From Guillardia theta CCMP2712 (Eukaryota; Protista; Cryptophyta): a stretch of DNA of 64,000 nucleotides. The notes beneath the pieces are model-generated. The model searched no databases and was not told the DNA's origin. It was given only the letters and a program-made list of their open reading frames with translations. The DNA lies in NCBI RefSeq assembly GCF_000315625.1, contig NW_005434667.1, forward strand, positions 797,061-861,060. The letters are read 5' to 3'. Both the position numbers and the translations under genes were made by a program. Each line of letters opens with the position of its first letter. The stretch's first letter is position 1. Positions 25,372-36,700 of this stretch are shown here, piece after piece.

Positions 25372-26380
25372 CCGTCTACTCTCTCCTCCACACGACTTTC
25401 TGCTCCACCTACCCTCCCTCATAGCAAATTTTCTCCCTCCATTTCCTTCCCCTCCCCTCCCCCTCCGCTTCCTCCAGGGCTCACGTGATCCCGCTCTCTT
25501 TTCATGGCCCTGTGGTAGTTGGGATACAGCATGGGAGACAGCTGGAGGGAGACGAGGTGAGAAAACCCTGCGGTAGGGTCGCATGCGGCACCTGCTCGCT
25601 GCCGTAGTCGGGCGCTGAAACCCTCAGCTGCATCATCAGCTCCGCCGACCTGCCAGGGGTTATCAGCTGACGGCGAGCTGGNNNNNNNNNNNNNNNNNNN
25701 NNNNNNNNNNNNNNNNNNNNNNNNNNNNNNNNNNNNNNNNNNNNNNNNNNNNNNNNNNNNNNNNNNNNNNNNNNNNNNNNNNNNNNNNNNNNNNNNNNNN
25801 NNNNNNNNNNNNNNNNNNNNNNNNNNNNNNNNNNNNNNNNNNNNNNNNNNNNNNNNNNNNNNNNNNNNNNNNNNNNNNNNNNNNNNNNNNNNNNNNNNNN
25901 NNNNNNNNNNNNNNNNNNNNNNNNNNNNNNNNNNNNNNNNNNNNNNNNNNNNNNNNNNNNNNNNNNNNNNNNNNNNNNNNNNNNNNNNNNNNNNNNNNNN
26001 NNNNNNNNNNNNNNNNNNNNNNNNNNNNNNNNNNNNNNNNNNNNNNNNNNNNNNNNNNNNNNNNNNNNNNNNNNNNNNNNNNNNNNNNNNNNNNNNNNNN
26101 NNNNNNNNNNNNNNNNNNNNNNNNNNNNNNNNNNNNNNNNNNNNNNNNNNNNNNNNNNNNNNNNNNNNNNNNNNNNNNNNNNNNNNNNNNNNNNNNNNNN
26201 NNNNNNNNNNNNNNNNNNNNNNNNNNNNNNNNNNNNNNNNNNNNNNNNNNNNNNNNNNNNNNNNNNNNNNNNNNNNNNNNNNNNNNNNNNNNNNNNNNNN
26301 NNNNNNNNNNNNNNNNNNNNNNNNNNNNNNNNNNNNNNNNNNNNNNNNNNNNNNNNNNNNNNNNNNNNNNNNNNNNNNNN

Positions 26381-26430
<50 letters not shown>

Positions 26431-27351
26431 AGAGAAGAGAAGAGAAGAGATGAGATGAGATGAGATGAGATGAGAAGGAGGGAAGGAGAGAGGAGGGAAG
26501 GAGGGGAGGAGGAGGGGAAGAGGGGAAGAGGGGAAGAGAGGGAGAGACGAGCAGGAGTCAAGATAAAGAGAAGTGAGGAGATTAGGGTAGAAGATGGTTC
26601 ACCATGGAGATAACAGTGAGGCCGTACACAGAGAAGAATACGATGAGGAAGATTGCTACTCCGTCACTGATCGCCTTCCTGCACTTGACCCGTCAGATTT
26701 CTCAATCGCCCTCAAATAAATTCTCCTCACCCATTGCACTGAACTACCACATCCGCCGCAGCCCCCCATGCCCCGCGCTCGACTGTGACTCGCCTGCCAG
26801 GAATGATAAGCAGGGAGGAGGAGAACGGAGAACGGAGACGGGAAGAAGCAGAGGTTGGAAGAGAGAGGGTATCGGAGGATCAAGAGCTTGTGGAGATCTT
26901 AAGAGGATGTGAAGGATGAGGATGAAGATGAGAATGAGGATGAGGAGATAGCAGCGGTGACATCGAAGGAGCAGGATGTACGAGGAGGAGGAAGAGAGCG
27001 ACGAAGCAGGAGGAGATTTGAGAGTCACCTGATGCCTGTCTTGCATATCGAGCTGTCCGAGTGCTCGGAAGCCTCAGCAAGGCTGATGAGAAGCTTCACT
27101 TTAGCCACGTAGTCGTTCCCCAGCTGATCCTGGAACGCATCTCGGCAAAAGTCCAGAGCAGGACAATGAGTAGGAAGAGGAGTACGACGAAGAGGAGTAC
27201 GAGGAGTGGGAGAAGGACGAGAAATAGCGGGGACGGGGATATGAACACAAGGAGGAGGAGGAAGAAGAGAAGGAAGAGGAGGAGGAGGAAGAGAAGGAAG
27301 AGGAGGAGGAGGAGGAGTACGAGGAGTGGGAGGAGGAGGAGGAGGAAGCGA

Positions 27352-27382
<31 letters not shown>

Positions 27383-30300
27383 GGAGGAGCAGGAGGAGGA
27401 GGAGGAGGAGGAGGAGGAGGAGGAGGAGGAGAAGGAGGAAGAGGAGGAGGAGGAGGAGGAGGAGGAGGAGGAGGAGAAGGAAGAGGAGGAGGAGGAAGAG
27501 AAGGAAGAGGAGGAGGAAGAGGAGGAAGAGGAGGAGGAGGAGGAGGAAGAGAAGGAAGAGGAGGAGGAGGAGGGAACAAATGAGAAGAATCTACAGTGAT
27601 GAAGACTTTGACGTCGATCGTCGTGCTCGTTTGCCTGCAAATGTAGGTGATGACGTCATCGGTCCATGCCATTTCAATGCACCTGAGAACAACAACCGAC
27701 GGCCTGTACGTCATGTTGAGAAGAGTTTCCACTTGCCGGCCAAACACGTCCGCCTGACATACTTTTCATCAATTCCTCCGCCGCATTCTTCTCCTATTCT
27801 CTCTTTCTCCTCCCTGATCTACCCGTCTTTCCCCCTACACCGCCTCGTCTCCTCCCTCCTCTCCTCTCCTCTCCTCGCCTCGCCTCTCCTCTCCTCTCCT
27901 CGCCTCTTCTCTCCTTCCCCCTTCTCCTCCTCCCTCGTCTCCTAGTCGCACTTCTCTCCTACCCCATGGACTCTCACCTCAAAAGGGTACTTGTCATTCT
28001 TCTCCACCGTGACCATCACGTTGACACCGTTGATCTTGACCTGACCTCTCCCCATCACATGTCATCGTTCGCTTCCCTCCCACCCACCTGTGCTTCAGCC
28101 GCTATCACAGGGTTCTTCAGCCCTGAGCTGCGGTGGACTGTCAGGGGCCCGCACTCATTCCTATTTCATCTTCACCTCGCCATGGTGCTGAAGGCGATCG
28201 AGTTGAGCTGCACGCAGTCGTTGAGGGTCCTGCCCTTCTGTCATGGACAAAACGACGCCAGTGGTCCCACTGACCGACACCCGACGGGTAGGATGGAAGT
28301 GCCAGCTGAATTCCATGTGAGTCGAAGTGAGTTGGAAGGAGCGGAGGAGGAGGAGAGTGGAGGGGAGGGAGGGCGAGGGCTAGCAGGAAGGGAGAGGAGG
28401 AGGAGGATCAGGCAGCAGCGGAGACGAATCTTACACTCGACCACAACTGTCTGAAATCCCGACGAGCTTGAAATCTGCCACTGCAGAGGACCGCAGCACC
28501 TGTGTAGAGCCTGAGCCAGGAGAACGAGGAGGACAAGAATGGCGAGACGTTTGCGAGGGCAAAGAAGGGCTGCACGAGTATCCCTGGGAGCCTTTCACGC
28601 AGGCCTGAAACTCCTTTAGCTCACTTAGTGAAAATCGTCGCTCGACCTGGTTGGAGGCAGTCGGAGCGTTTCCTCCAAGGAAGATGACCTGAGCGATCAA
28701 GTTCATGGGCACACAGCGGGGAAGAGGGCTGTACCTCGCAGCCAACACAGTCCTGCAGCAGCCCAGGCAGAGCCGCCGACTTGGCGCTGGCGGGAGGGTG
28801 AGGGGAGGCGAGTGGAGGGAGTTCGAAGAGGAAAGAAACACCTGAATGAAGTCGAGGGAAACTGTTTCACTGCGACGCCAACCTGGCGGCGGGTCAAGAT
28901 CGCCGAGCGTCAAGAGCAAGTCTACCGATGCAGACGAAAGTAGCTGCTGGTCGAACCCACTCAAGAGCAGCTCAACCTGCCTCAATGTCAGCGTCCTCGG
29001 GAGGGGCTGACCAGCCTTCACTGAAGTTGTCGGCCCAATGAAAGCTGCAGCGTAAGGGGAGGACTCTGCAAGGGGGGGATAAGCTGCCGTTGATTGCAGT
29101 AGCCATTGGAGGGCCTTCACCGGCATAGGAAGTGTAGCTTGAGGAGACCGGGAGAGTGATGTTTGGCCTCATGAGCCGCCAGGAGGTTCCCTATGGAAAC
29201 CTCTGGTCACCATCTCAACAATCGCGATCCTCTCCGCCCTCCCCCCTACAGAGTCTGATGTGAAGTAGGCTGGCATGGCAAGGACTTTTTGTCAGTAACT
29301 GCATCTCCAGCAAGGGTTCACTCACCGTTGGTCTGCCCCAGCGCGATCGCAGTCACGTTGTTCCTCATGACGAGCGAGGAGATGGTACCAACACTCGTGG
29401 GTCTTCAAAGGCTTCAGATCCAACAACAGGATTCGAACACTCACATTGTGACGGTCGGCAAGCTCCATCGTACTCCACCATCAGTCGATCTCAAGACCTT
29501 CAACAACAAAGTTGAGCATCTCATCGCTAGTTTCTGAAAGCGCTGCCTCCCTTACCTTTGCATTCTTCCCGCTCGCAATGACGGTGCTCCCATGACATTG
29601 AACATCCAGGATGTCTGTTTGCTCCACTTCAACGCAATGTTGCAACACAGGTGACGATGTTGACCTTCTGCAGTCTCTGATTGAGCGACGACCCAGCTGA
29701 AAGTCAAGTTCAGATGCATCTTGCTCTGTCTACACGTAGACCAACAGACCTCAGTCCGTTGTTCTCAGTCCTCAGGATCAGCCCCCCGTTCCCCACGATC
29801 ATCCCGTGGGTATCTGCCATCGGGAGCGACTCATCGAATGAAACGATTAAGTAGGTCAAGACTCACAGTTGCAGAACGAGATCGCATTGAAAGTGTGCAA
29901 AACGCCTGTTGAATGACTTACGAACGCGCCCGTCTCAGCACCTCTCCCTCACTTTCTGGGATGTTCGTATTGATCGCAATCCGATTCCATTGTGTCCCTG
30001 TCTGAAGAAAACCCTTCAGGGCAGGTGAGGACAAAATTGAGACATGTACTGGTGCTCCTGCTGCCCTCCTGTAGATACCGCAGTTTGCGGAGGAATACGA
30101 CTCTGCGATCTCATTAGCACGTTCCCAAGAGCCCAAGGATACAGTACGTTGACAGCTCCCGCCGAAGGCTATGGCGCTTTCCTCTTCGAAGGCAACGGCC
30201 TTGGTCCTGCACAGCGGTCAGAGGAGGAGACTGCGCGTCCGTTGCATCACAGGTCAAGGACACTGTCCATCTCGAGCTTCTCCTGAAACCATGAAAACCC

Positions 30301-30666
30301 TCCGTTCTGAGTCACGTAGACCGATCCCCTCTGCCCGACGACCACCCTGCCTTGGGGTCAGCTGCGAGCGGCGACGAGGAGACGAGTGCACCCGAACTGA
30401 TTGCTAGGCGTCGCTACTGTCTGCACCTGTGCGAGGGCTAGCAAGTCCAAGTTCATGTCAGCACGCTGTCACTACCTCGTTGCTAGTTTCCACATGTTCA
30501 AACATCAGCTACTATCCATCAACGTTCCCCCCCTCCCCACCCCTGACGTCCATCTCTCACATCTCTTCCCATCCTCCTGCACCACAGCTTGCACCTCACC
30601 TGACGGAAGGATTCCCAGCAGCAGCGCCAGCATGATCGGCGAGGGCAACCGCTGCGCCGATGCCAT
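24882..30666 (-). CDS. Large single-pass (type I) membrane protein of unknown family (many exons; spans a gap; 3' end uncertain)
   Basis: Signal peptide 'MASAQRLPSPIMLALLLGILPSGEVQA'; coding-like exons at 28431-29126, 27590-27745 and 27030-27150; TM exon 'DGVAIFLIVFFSVYGLTVISM' near 26605-26680; probable last exon 'QLINSATL...PPRG*'. Confidence 0.55.
25047..25370. repeat. (GAGGAC)n and (CTCCTG)n hexamer microsatellites, probably intronic
   Basis: Seen directly at about 25047-25132 and 25314-25370. Confidence 0.9.
25682..26380. other. Assembly gap (699 N) abutting an (AG)n tract
   Basis: Run of N. Confidence 1.
27170..27575. repeat. Long GAG/GAA compound microsatellite (intronic)
   Basis: Seen directly; produces the spurious poly-R/P/S/G ORFs. 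Confidence 0.9.
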
Positions 30667-30761
30667 GGAGGGGTCACCTTGCTGAAAGAAAAACATCACA
30701 AACTTGACAACTTTTTTCGTTGGCGGAATTAGGAAGAGTCTGCAAAGGGAGGAGGGAGGGG

Positions 30762-33700
30762 ATGGCGGAGGGGGAGAGCAGGGCGGAATGGCTTCGCATC
30801 GGCGACAAGCTGGCGCTGTTCTCGGAGAAAGTCCATGGCTTCCTCGTAGCCGACGGCTTCATCGACGACTCCGTCCATGCCTCCTTCCTTGACGCGCAGC
30901 ATCCGGTTCCTAGAGACTTCGAGTGCTGTTTGTTCCAGGTACAGGGACTTGTTGCCAAGAGCGGTAGGGATGGGGGTGTGCTGAGACGCGTGCTGCAGGT
31001 GGAGGTGAAGATGGCCTACTTCGAGCAAGAGAAGCTGAACAAGTTCATGACTAGCATTGGAATTCAATCCCTTGATGAGCTGGAGCAGCTGCAGGGTCCG
31101 CCGCTGAAAACGGCGACGTCCATGTTGATCGCCGCGTCCAAGGAGGTCCAGAGGAACAGAGAAGACTCGGAGTTCTATGCTGGTAGAACAGTCCGGTATG
31201 GGCAGACGTTCCAGCTGAAGCATGTGCGGTCCTGCAAGTACCTCACAGTAATGTACTCGAGCGCTGGGGACGTTGGGAGTGAAAACCACGTAGAGATCCG
31301 GCTGACGGATGGAGGGATGGGCTCCTACTTCAAGCTGCAGTCTCATCACGCGATGAAAGAGAGCTCCGAGCCCGTGTCCAACAAGGACTACGTCGAGATC
31401 GTCCCTGAGATGCTCCCGCACCTCTCGCTGGGGTTCCGGTCAATGCGGGGGGTGATGCCGGATTCCGACAAGCACTCGCTCTTCGAGCAGACAGTCAGTT
31501 GCAACGTCGAGGGACAGACCTGGTTCGTCTCTCGGTATCACTCGTACCAGTCGTATGAGGAGAAGCCAGCTCAGGCTGATGTCAACTTAACATCCAAGGT
31601 TGAGGCTTCACCTGAGGATTTGCTGGAGAGAGAGCAGAGGATTCCTTTGAACAGCGGGCAGGTCATTCGGTTGCTTCATCAAGATTCAGAATCTTTTCTT
31701 GCGGTGGAGCCTGTTGAGACCGGCAGCCACGCCGCAAGGAACATTCAGCATGTGACCTTGGAAGCGTCCAGGGGGTTTGGAATGCCAGGGTTTTCCCTGA
31801 ACCCCCGTGAAAACCCTGGTGGGACCTCTAGAGTCGTTCTCCTTCCCTGATCTGATGCTCGTGCCCCAGGGACTGCATACAGCCTGTGGATGGTGGAAAA
31901 TGTTGACCCCACGCTATCGAAGCAGTTGAAGATTGGTTCCCAACTGAGGTTGAGGAACATCGCCACGGGAGGGTACTTGGTAGCCTGCTGTCCGCGGAAA
32001 CGAGCTGGGAGAAATTCGACGACGAGCATCGAACAAGTCTGCGAGCGTGCATGCTTGTGCATGACAGACTGATATCCCTTGTTTCTCCAGTTCTTGGCGA
32101 GCAACAATGTCAACGCTGGTTGGGGCACGGCAAGGAAAGGGAGCACGTTGAGCGCCACCATGTTTGACCCGACCGCGTTGTCGAGCTTCATCGTGCTGTG
32201 TTCAGAAGAGAAGCGATTGTTTGAGTCCTCCAGGTCTCTCCTCTCCATCTGTGCTCACTTGCAGAAGAAATCTGACGACCAAGATTTGAACCTGTACAAG
32301 AACTCTTCCGCCCACTTTCGTTTCGACCATCTTGAGACCCACTATCAACAATACCAGGCCCCGAATCTCGATGACTCGGCAAACGGCCAGAATGCGCAGA
32401 GGATGTCAGGGAAAATCGACGGAGGAAAAGGGAATCATCTGGACTTCCTGAACAAGATCCAGAACCAGATCGGAGCAGGTCTGGACTTGTTGGGTGTTGG
32501 GGCTGCCAGCAAGGATGTGAAGGAGAGCAAAGAGGAGACGAAGCGGATGTCAGGGAACCAGGGGGTCTCGGAGTCCGTGGAGGGCTGGCTGCATGTGGGG
32601 AAGAGGAGCAACTCGCAGGAGTACATGGTGAGCGTGTGGCCGGAGCTGGAGGAGCTGGACGGATGGGTCGTGCTGCCGGCTGACCAGGAGGAGATCAACG
32701 ACGTGAATCATGTGGTCTCAGTGAACAAGAGGGTAATTGACTATGTCAACCTGATCAGGTCGAGGAGGAGCATCCCGACCAAGGAGACTAACGAGATGTA
32801 CGGGGTCTTCAAGAGGCTCCAGAGGTTCCTCACAGTGCCCAGCAGCAAGCTGTCCTGGTACTCCGACGACGCGCAGTCTGCGGACCAAGTGATCCGGCGG
32901 CAAGGGATGCTGCTGGACTTGGGGACTGTCGAGTCGCTCGTTGACCTCGTTGGGATGCATCGGATCCTCCCGGACGTCAGTCACGCGCATCTCATGGTAG
33001 CGCCAGACCTCCAGCAGCTCCGCGAACTCTTCGTCAATGTCTTCCAAGTCCTCCTGCACCTCGTCAGGGGCAACCAGCTCATCGGCCTCTACCTCTCCTC
33101 CCGCGTGACCGAGCTCCTGCAGCCTCTGCTCTGCTCGGTACCCCCGGGTGTGGACGAGTCAAAGTTGACCTACCTCAACGTGCTTCTGGAGCTGATCCTT
33201 GAGATCTACAAGGACTCGCCAACGGCCATCTCTCACCTCGACAAGTCCTGTATCGACACCTTCCCCCAGCTCTTTGCCAGCTCGTCGAGCCTTTGGCGGC
33301 ACTCCCGGCTGTTTCAAATCCTGTCCTCCTTCTGCACCTACCGCTCAAGGTCCTCCCTGGCGACCACCTCCCGCGCCAACGACCCGAGGATCAGCGGAGA
33401 CGTGGTGGCAGTGCCAGACAACCAGCTAGCGGTTAAGGACGTGATCTTGACCCACAGCCGTCTCCTGCCCTCCCTCGAGCTGAGAGGGGAGGAGGTGATG
33501 GTGAAGCACGCCTTTTCAGGGACTGACGACCACGTGCCGTTGGAAGGTTGGCTGGCAGATGTGGAGGGGAGGGTCGAGTTCTTCAACTCCTACCTCGACC
33601 TTCTCTCCTCGATGGTGTGCGGGAGGATCGAAGTGACCAAGTCTACCATCGCCCAGCTGGAGGAGAAGAACTTTCTTAGCTTCTCCGTGGTCTCTGCTGC

Positions 33701-36700
33701 GATGATGTCTGGGCGACTGCCGACCAGCATGCGGTCCTGCTTCGTGTCGCTCATGGTGAACGCATACCTGGACCTTCCGATGTTGGAGGATCGCTGCAGG
33801 ATCAAGAAGGTGTACTTCTGGTCCTCCCTAGACGCACCCGCCAGCCAGTTCTCGCTGCCGAGAGGCGTCAACCTTGCGGCCATGACTGTCCTCCAGGGTT
33901 TCTGCCTGCACTTCATCGAGTCGATGGACTTTGTGATGGGGGAGGACCAGGAGGACGACGGGCTGCTGATACAGGTGCTCAAGCTTCTGTACTTCCTCGT
34001 CAAGTATGGCTTCTTCTCCCGTTGCATGTCCGACTGGATGGACGTGGAGGTACCGCCTCCCGTCGACATCCTCTGTGAGTACCTCCGGTCGAGGGTACGA
34101 GCCATGTGCTCGAAGCAGTCCCACCTCCACCACCTCCAGGAGTTCTGCAGGAAGACTCTGCAGGTCCACATTCTCGCCCAGCCCCTGACCCTCCTCCTGG
34201 ACAACCATGTGAGGGAGAGGAGGGCGAGGAAGGAGGATGGAGCAGAGGTGATCTTCGATCAAGCCTCCGAGCTCAGCAACGCAAGGGTCGACGAGTGTTA
34301 CAAGTGGAGCTGCCAGATCCTGGACCTGATCCTCAACTCCTTGGTTAATATCAGAGTCCAGCTGAGCCTCAAGGTGTTCGAGAAGGACCTGCTGCAGGGC
34401 AAGAGATTCGGGGATGCCCCGGTCGCCGGCAGCTCGGCGAGGAGAAGCAACAAGGTCGTGGTACACAGGGCGGATTTCGAGGAGATCTTCATGACGATCG
34501 CTCTGGATACCTCCTTCCTCGCCTCTAACCTCCTGCATTTCGTTTCCGAGAGGGAGACGGAGGACGACGGCCTAGCCAACATCATCCTCATCCTCATCCT
34601 CCGCCTCTTCGGGCAGAGGTCTGAGGTGATCAACGCGCTGAAGGACGTCCAGATTCTCAACGAGCCTTACATGCTACAGTACTTCAAAGACACCTCCAAC
34701 CTCGCCGACCAGTTCGCCTCCTCCATCTCCATCCTATCCTCCATCGAGAAGAGGCTGATGGACGTGGTCGACAGCCACAACGAGCTCAAGAGGAAGGAGT
34801 TCCAGGCCATGATCGCCAACGAGCTGGAGGAGGAGGAGGAGGTCTCACAGTCGCCGCTCAGCGTCAGAAAGTCGCTGCCGTTTGCGCTGCGGAGGGAAGC
34901 GGAGGAGAAAGTCGTGGTGAAGAACTTCTTCGACGCGCTGGAAGCCACGGGCAACGTGATCGACACGCTGCTGAGCTTTCGGCAGCATCTCTGGCATGGC
35001 CCCCGAGGGGAGGAGACGGGGGAGGGGGCGAAGAACCTCGAGAGCTCCGTCTCCAGCAAGCCAGCGAGCATGCAGGACATGCGAAGGATCATGGCGATGC
35101 GAGCCAAGGCGGTGGCAGCAGGCCGGATGCCAACGAGCCGGAGCATGACAGAGCCGAGAGCTGTAGACCTGCTGGAGGCGGTTGAGAGGACTGCTGAGGA
35201 GCAGCTGGAGATGTCGTACGAGACGGGGAGGAACCTAGTGATCGACTCGTTCCTCGTCAGGGGCATCGACCTGAAGGTCGCTGACATCACCAAGACAGTC
35301 AGGGGGATGGTCAGCATCGTGCAGACTTGCCGGGTCGACCGGCTGCTCAAGATCCAGAACATGCTGAGGAACCTGGCGCTGCACGAAATGGTCCTCCAAG
35401 TCCTGCGCATCCTGACCTCCCGAGACGTCTCGCACGTCCTGCAGGACGGGTCGCTCAACGATCTCTTCCTGGAGTGCTACCTCTTCCTCTCCCTCTTCGT
35501 CGTCAACAACCCGGTCAACCAGGAGATCATCTACGAGTACCTGGAGGTCTTCGTCATTCCCCAGCTCTTCAGCAACGGCCGCGTCTTCCTCGCCGCCTGC
35601 GACCTCTTCCTCTGCACCTTCTACAACAACCGAGTGCTCTGCTCGCGAGTCGACGACCGGGTTCTCATGTCCATCATGTCCGCCATGTCCCAGTGCGGGA
35701 ACCGCTCCTCCTACCTCCAGTGCTTCGAGATCCTCTGCTGTCCGAAGAATATCCCCCTAAAGCGCAATCAGGTCAGGATCATGCAGTTTGTCATCACGCA
35801 GCAGGAGATGTTGCCGCTGTACCTCGGGGAGGACGGGCTCAGCATTCTCCGGGCTGACCTGCTGTCGGTCGGGCACAAGATGAAGATGAGCAGCTTCATC
35901 GACACTGGGGACGCGGAGGCTGCGCAGCATGACATGATCGAGAGCTTCTTTCGCTGCAGGGAGGTGTCTCCTGCTGACTTCAACTCCTCCCCCATGTTCT
36001 ACGTCTCCTTCCTCCAGCTCCTCTCCGCCTGCTCCTACGGGAAGAACTCCGACACCGAGCGAGAGTGCCAGCGGCTCCTCCCGCTGCCGCGCATGGAGGA
36101 GCTCATCGTCAACGAGTGGGCACCTGCTCCCCTCAAGGCCGCCGCCATCAACTTCCTCAGCATGGCGCACTACGAAACCTCCTCCGTGCTCATCAACCGT
36201 GCCATCGTGCAGTCCAGGGCGAGCTGGGGGATTCTTCGGTACCTGACGACCTGCCTGCAGAACTTCATCAACAGGGAGAAGAAGGTGTGGATGTGCAGCC
36301 CTGCTGAGACTCAGGCTGAGGGCACGACGCTGCTGTTGGAGGCGATCAAGTGCTTGTCCTGCTTCTTCACTCACGTCTACCGGCCCAACCTCATCTCCAT
36401 CGAGCAGGGAAGGATTGCCGACACTGCCTGCGAGCTGGTCATGAAGATCTTCTCGGAAGGCCCGCACGACAAGAGGATGAGTTCTCATCTCACCGCCGCC
36501 CTCTCCATCTTCCAGAAGCGAGACCTGCCGCACTCGCAAGTCTCCAAGGAGCTGCTGAAGACGCTGCTCAAGAGCTCTTTCATGCAGAAGCTCGGCCACG
36601 AGAGCGTCGATAGCTCTGCCGACGAGGCGAGCGATCGGATCCGCCATGGTCTGCCGCTCTTCATCGAGGATCTCCGAAATCGCGTCTCAGTGCAGGAGGA

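Noticed and set aside
24882-25584. ORFs with (LV)n, (RT)n, (DE)n, (GA)n dipeptide repeats
   Set aside because: These are hexamer microsatellites, open in several frames on both strands.
27025-27945. Poly-Pro, poly-Arg and poly-Ser ORFs (formin/extensin/protamine-like)
   Set aside because: These are translations of an intronic GAG/GAA microsatellite, open in most frames.
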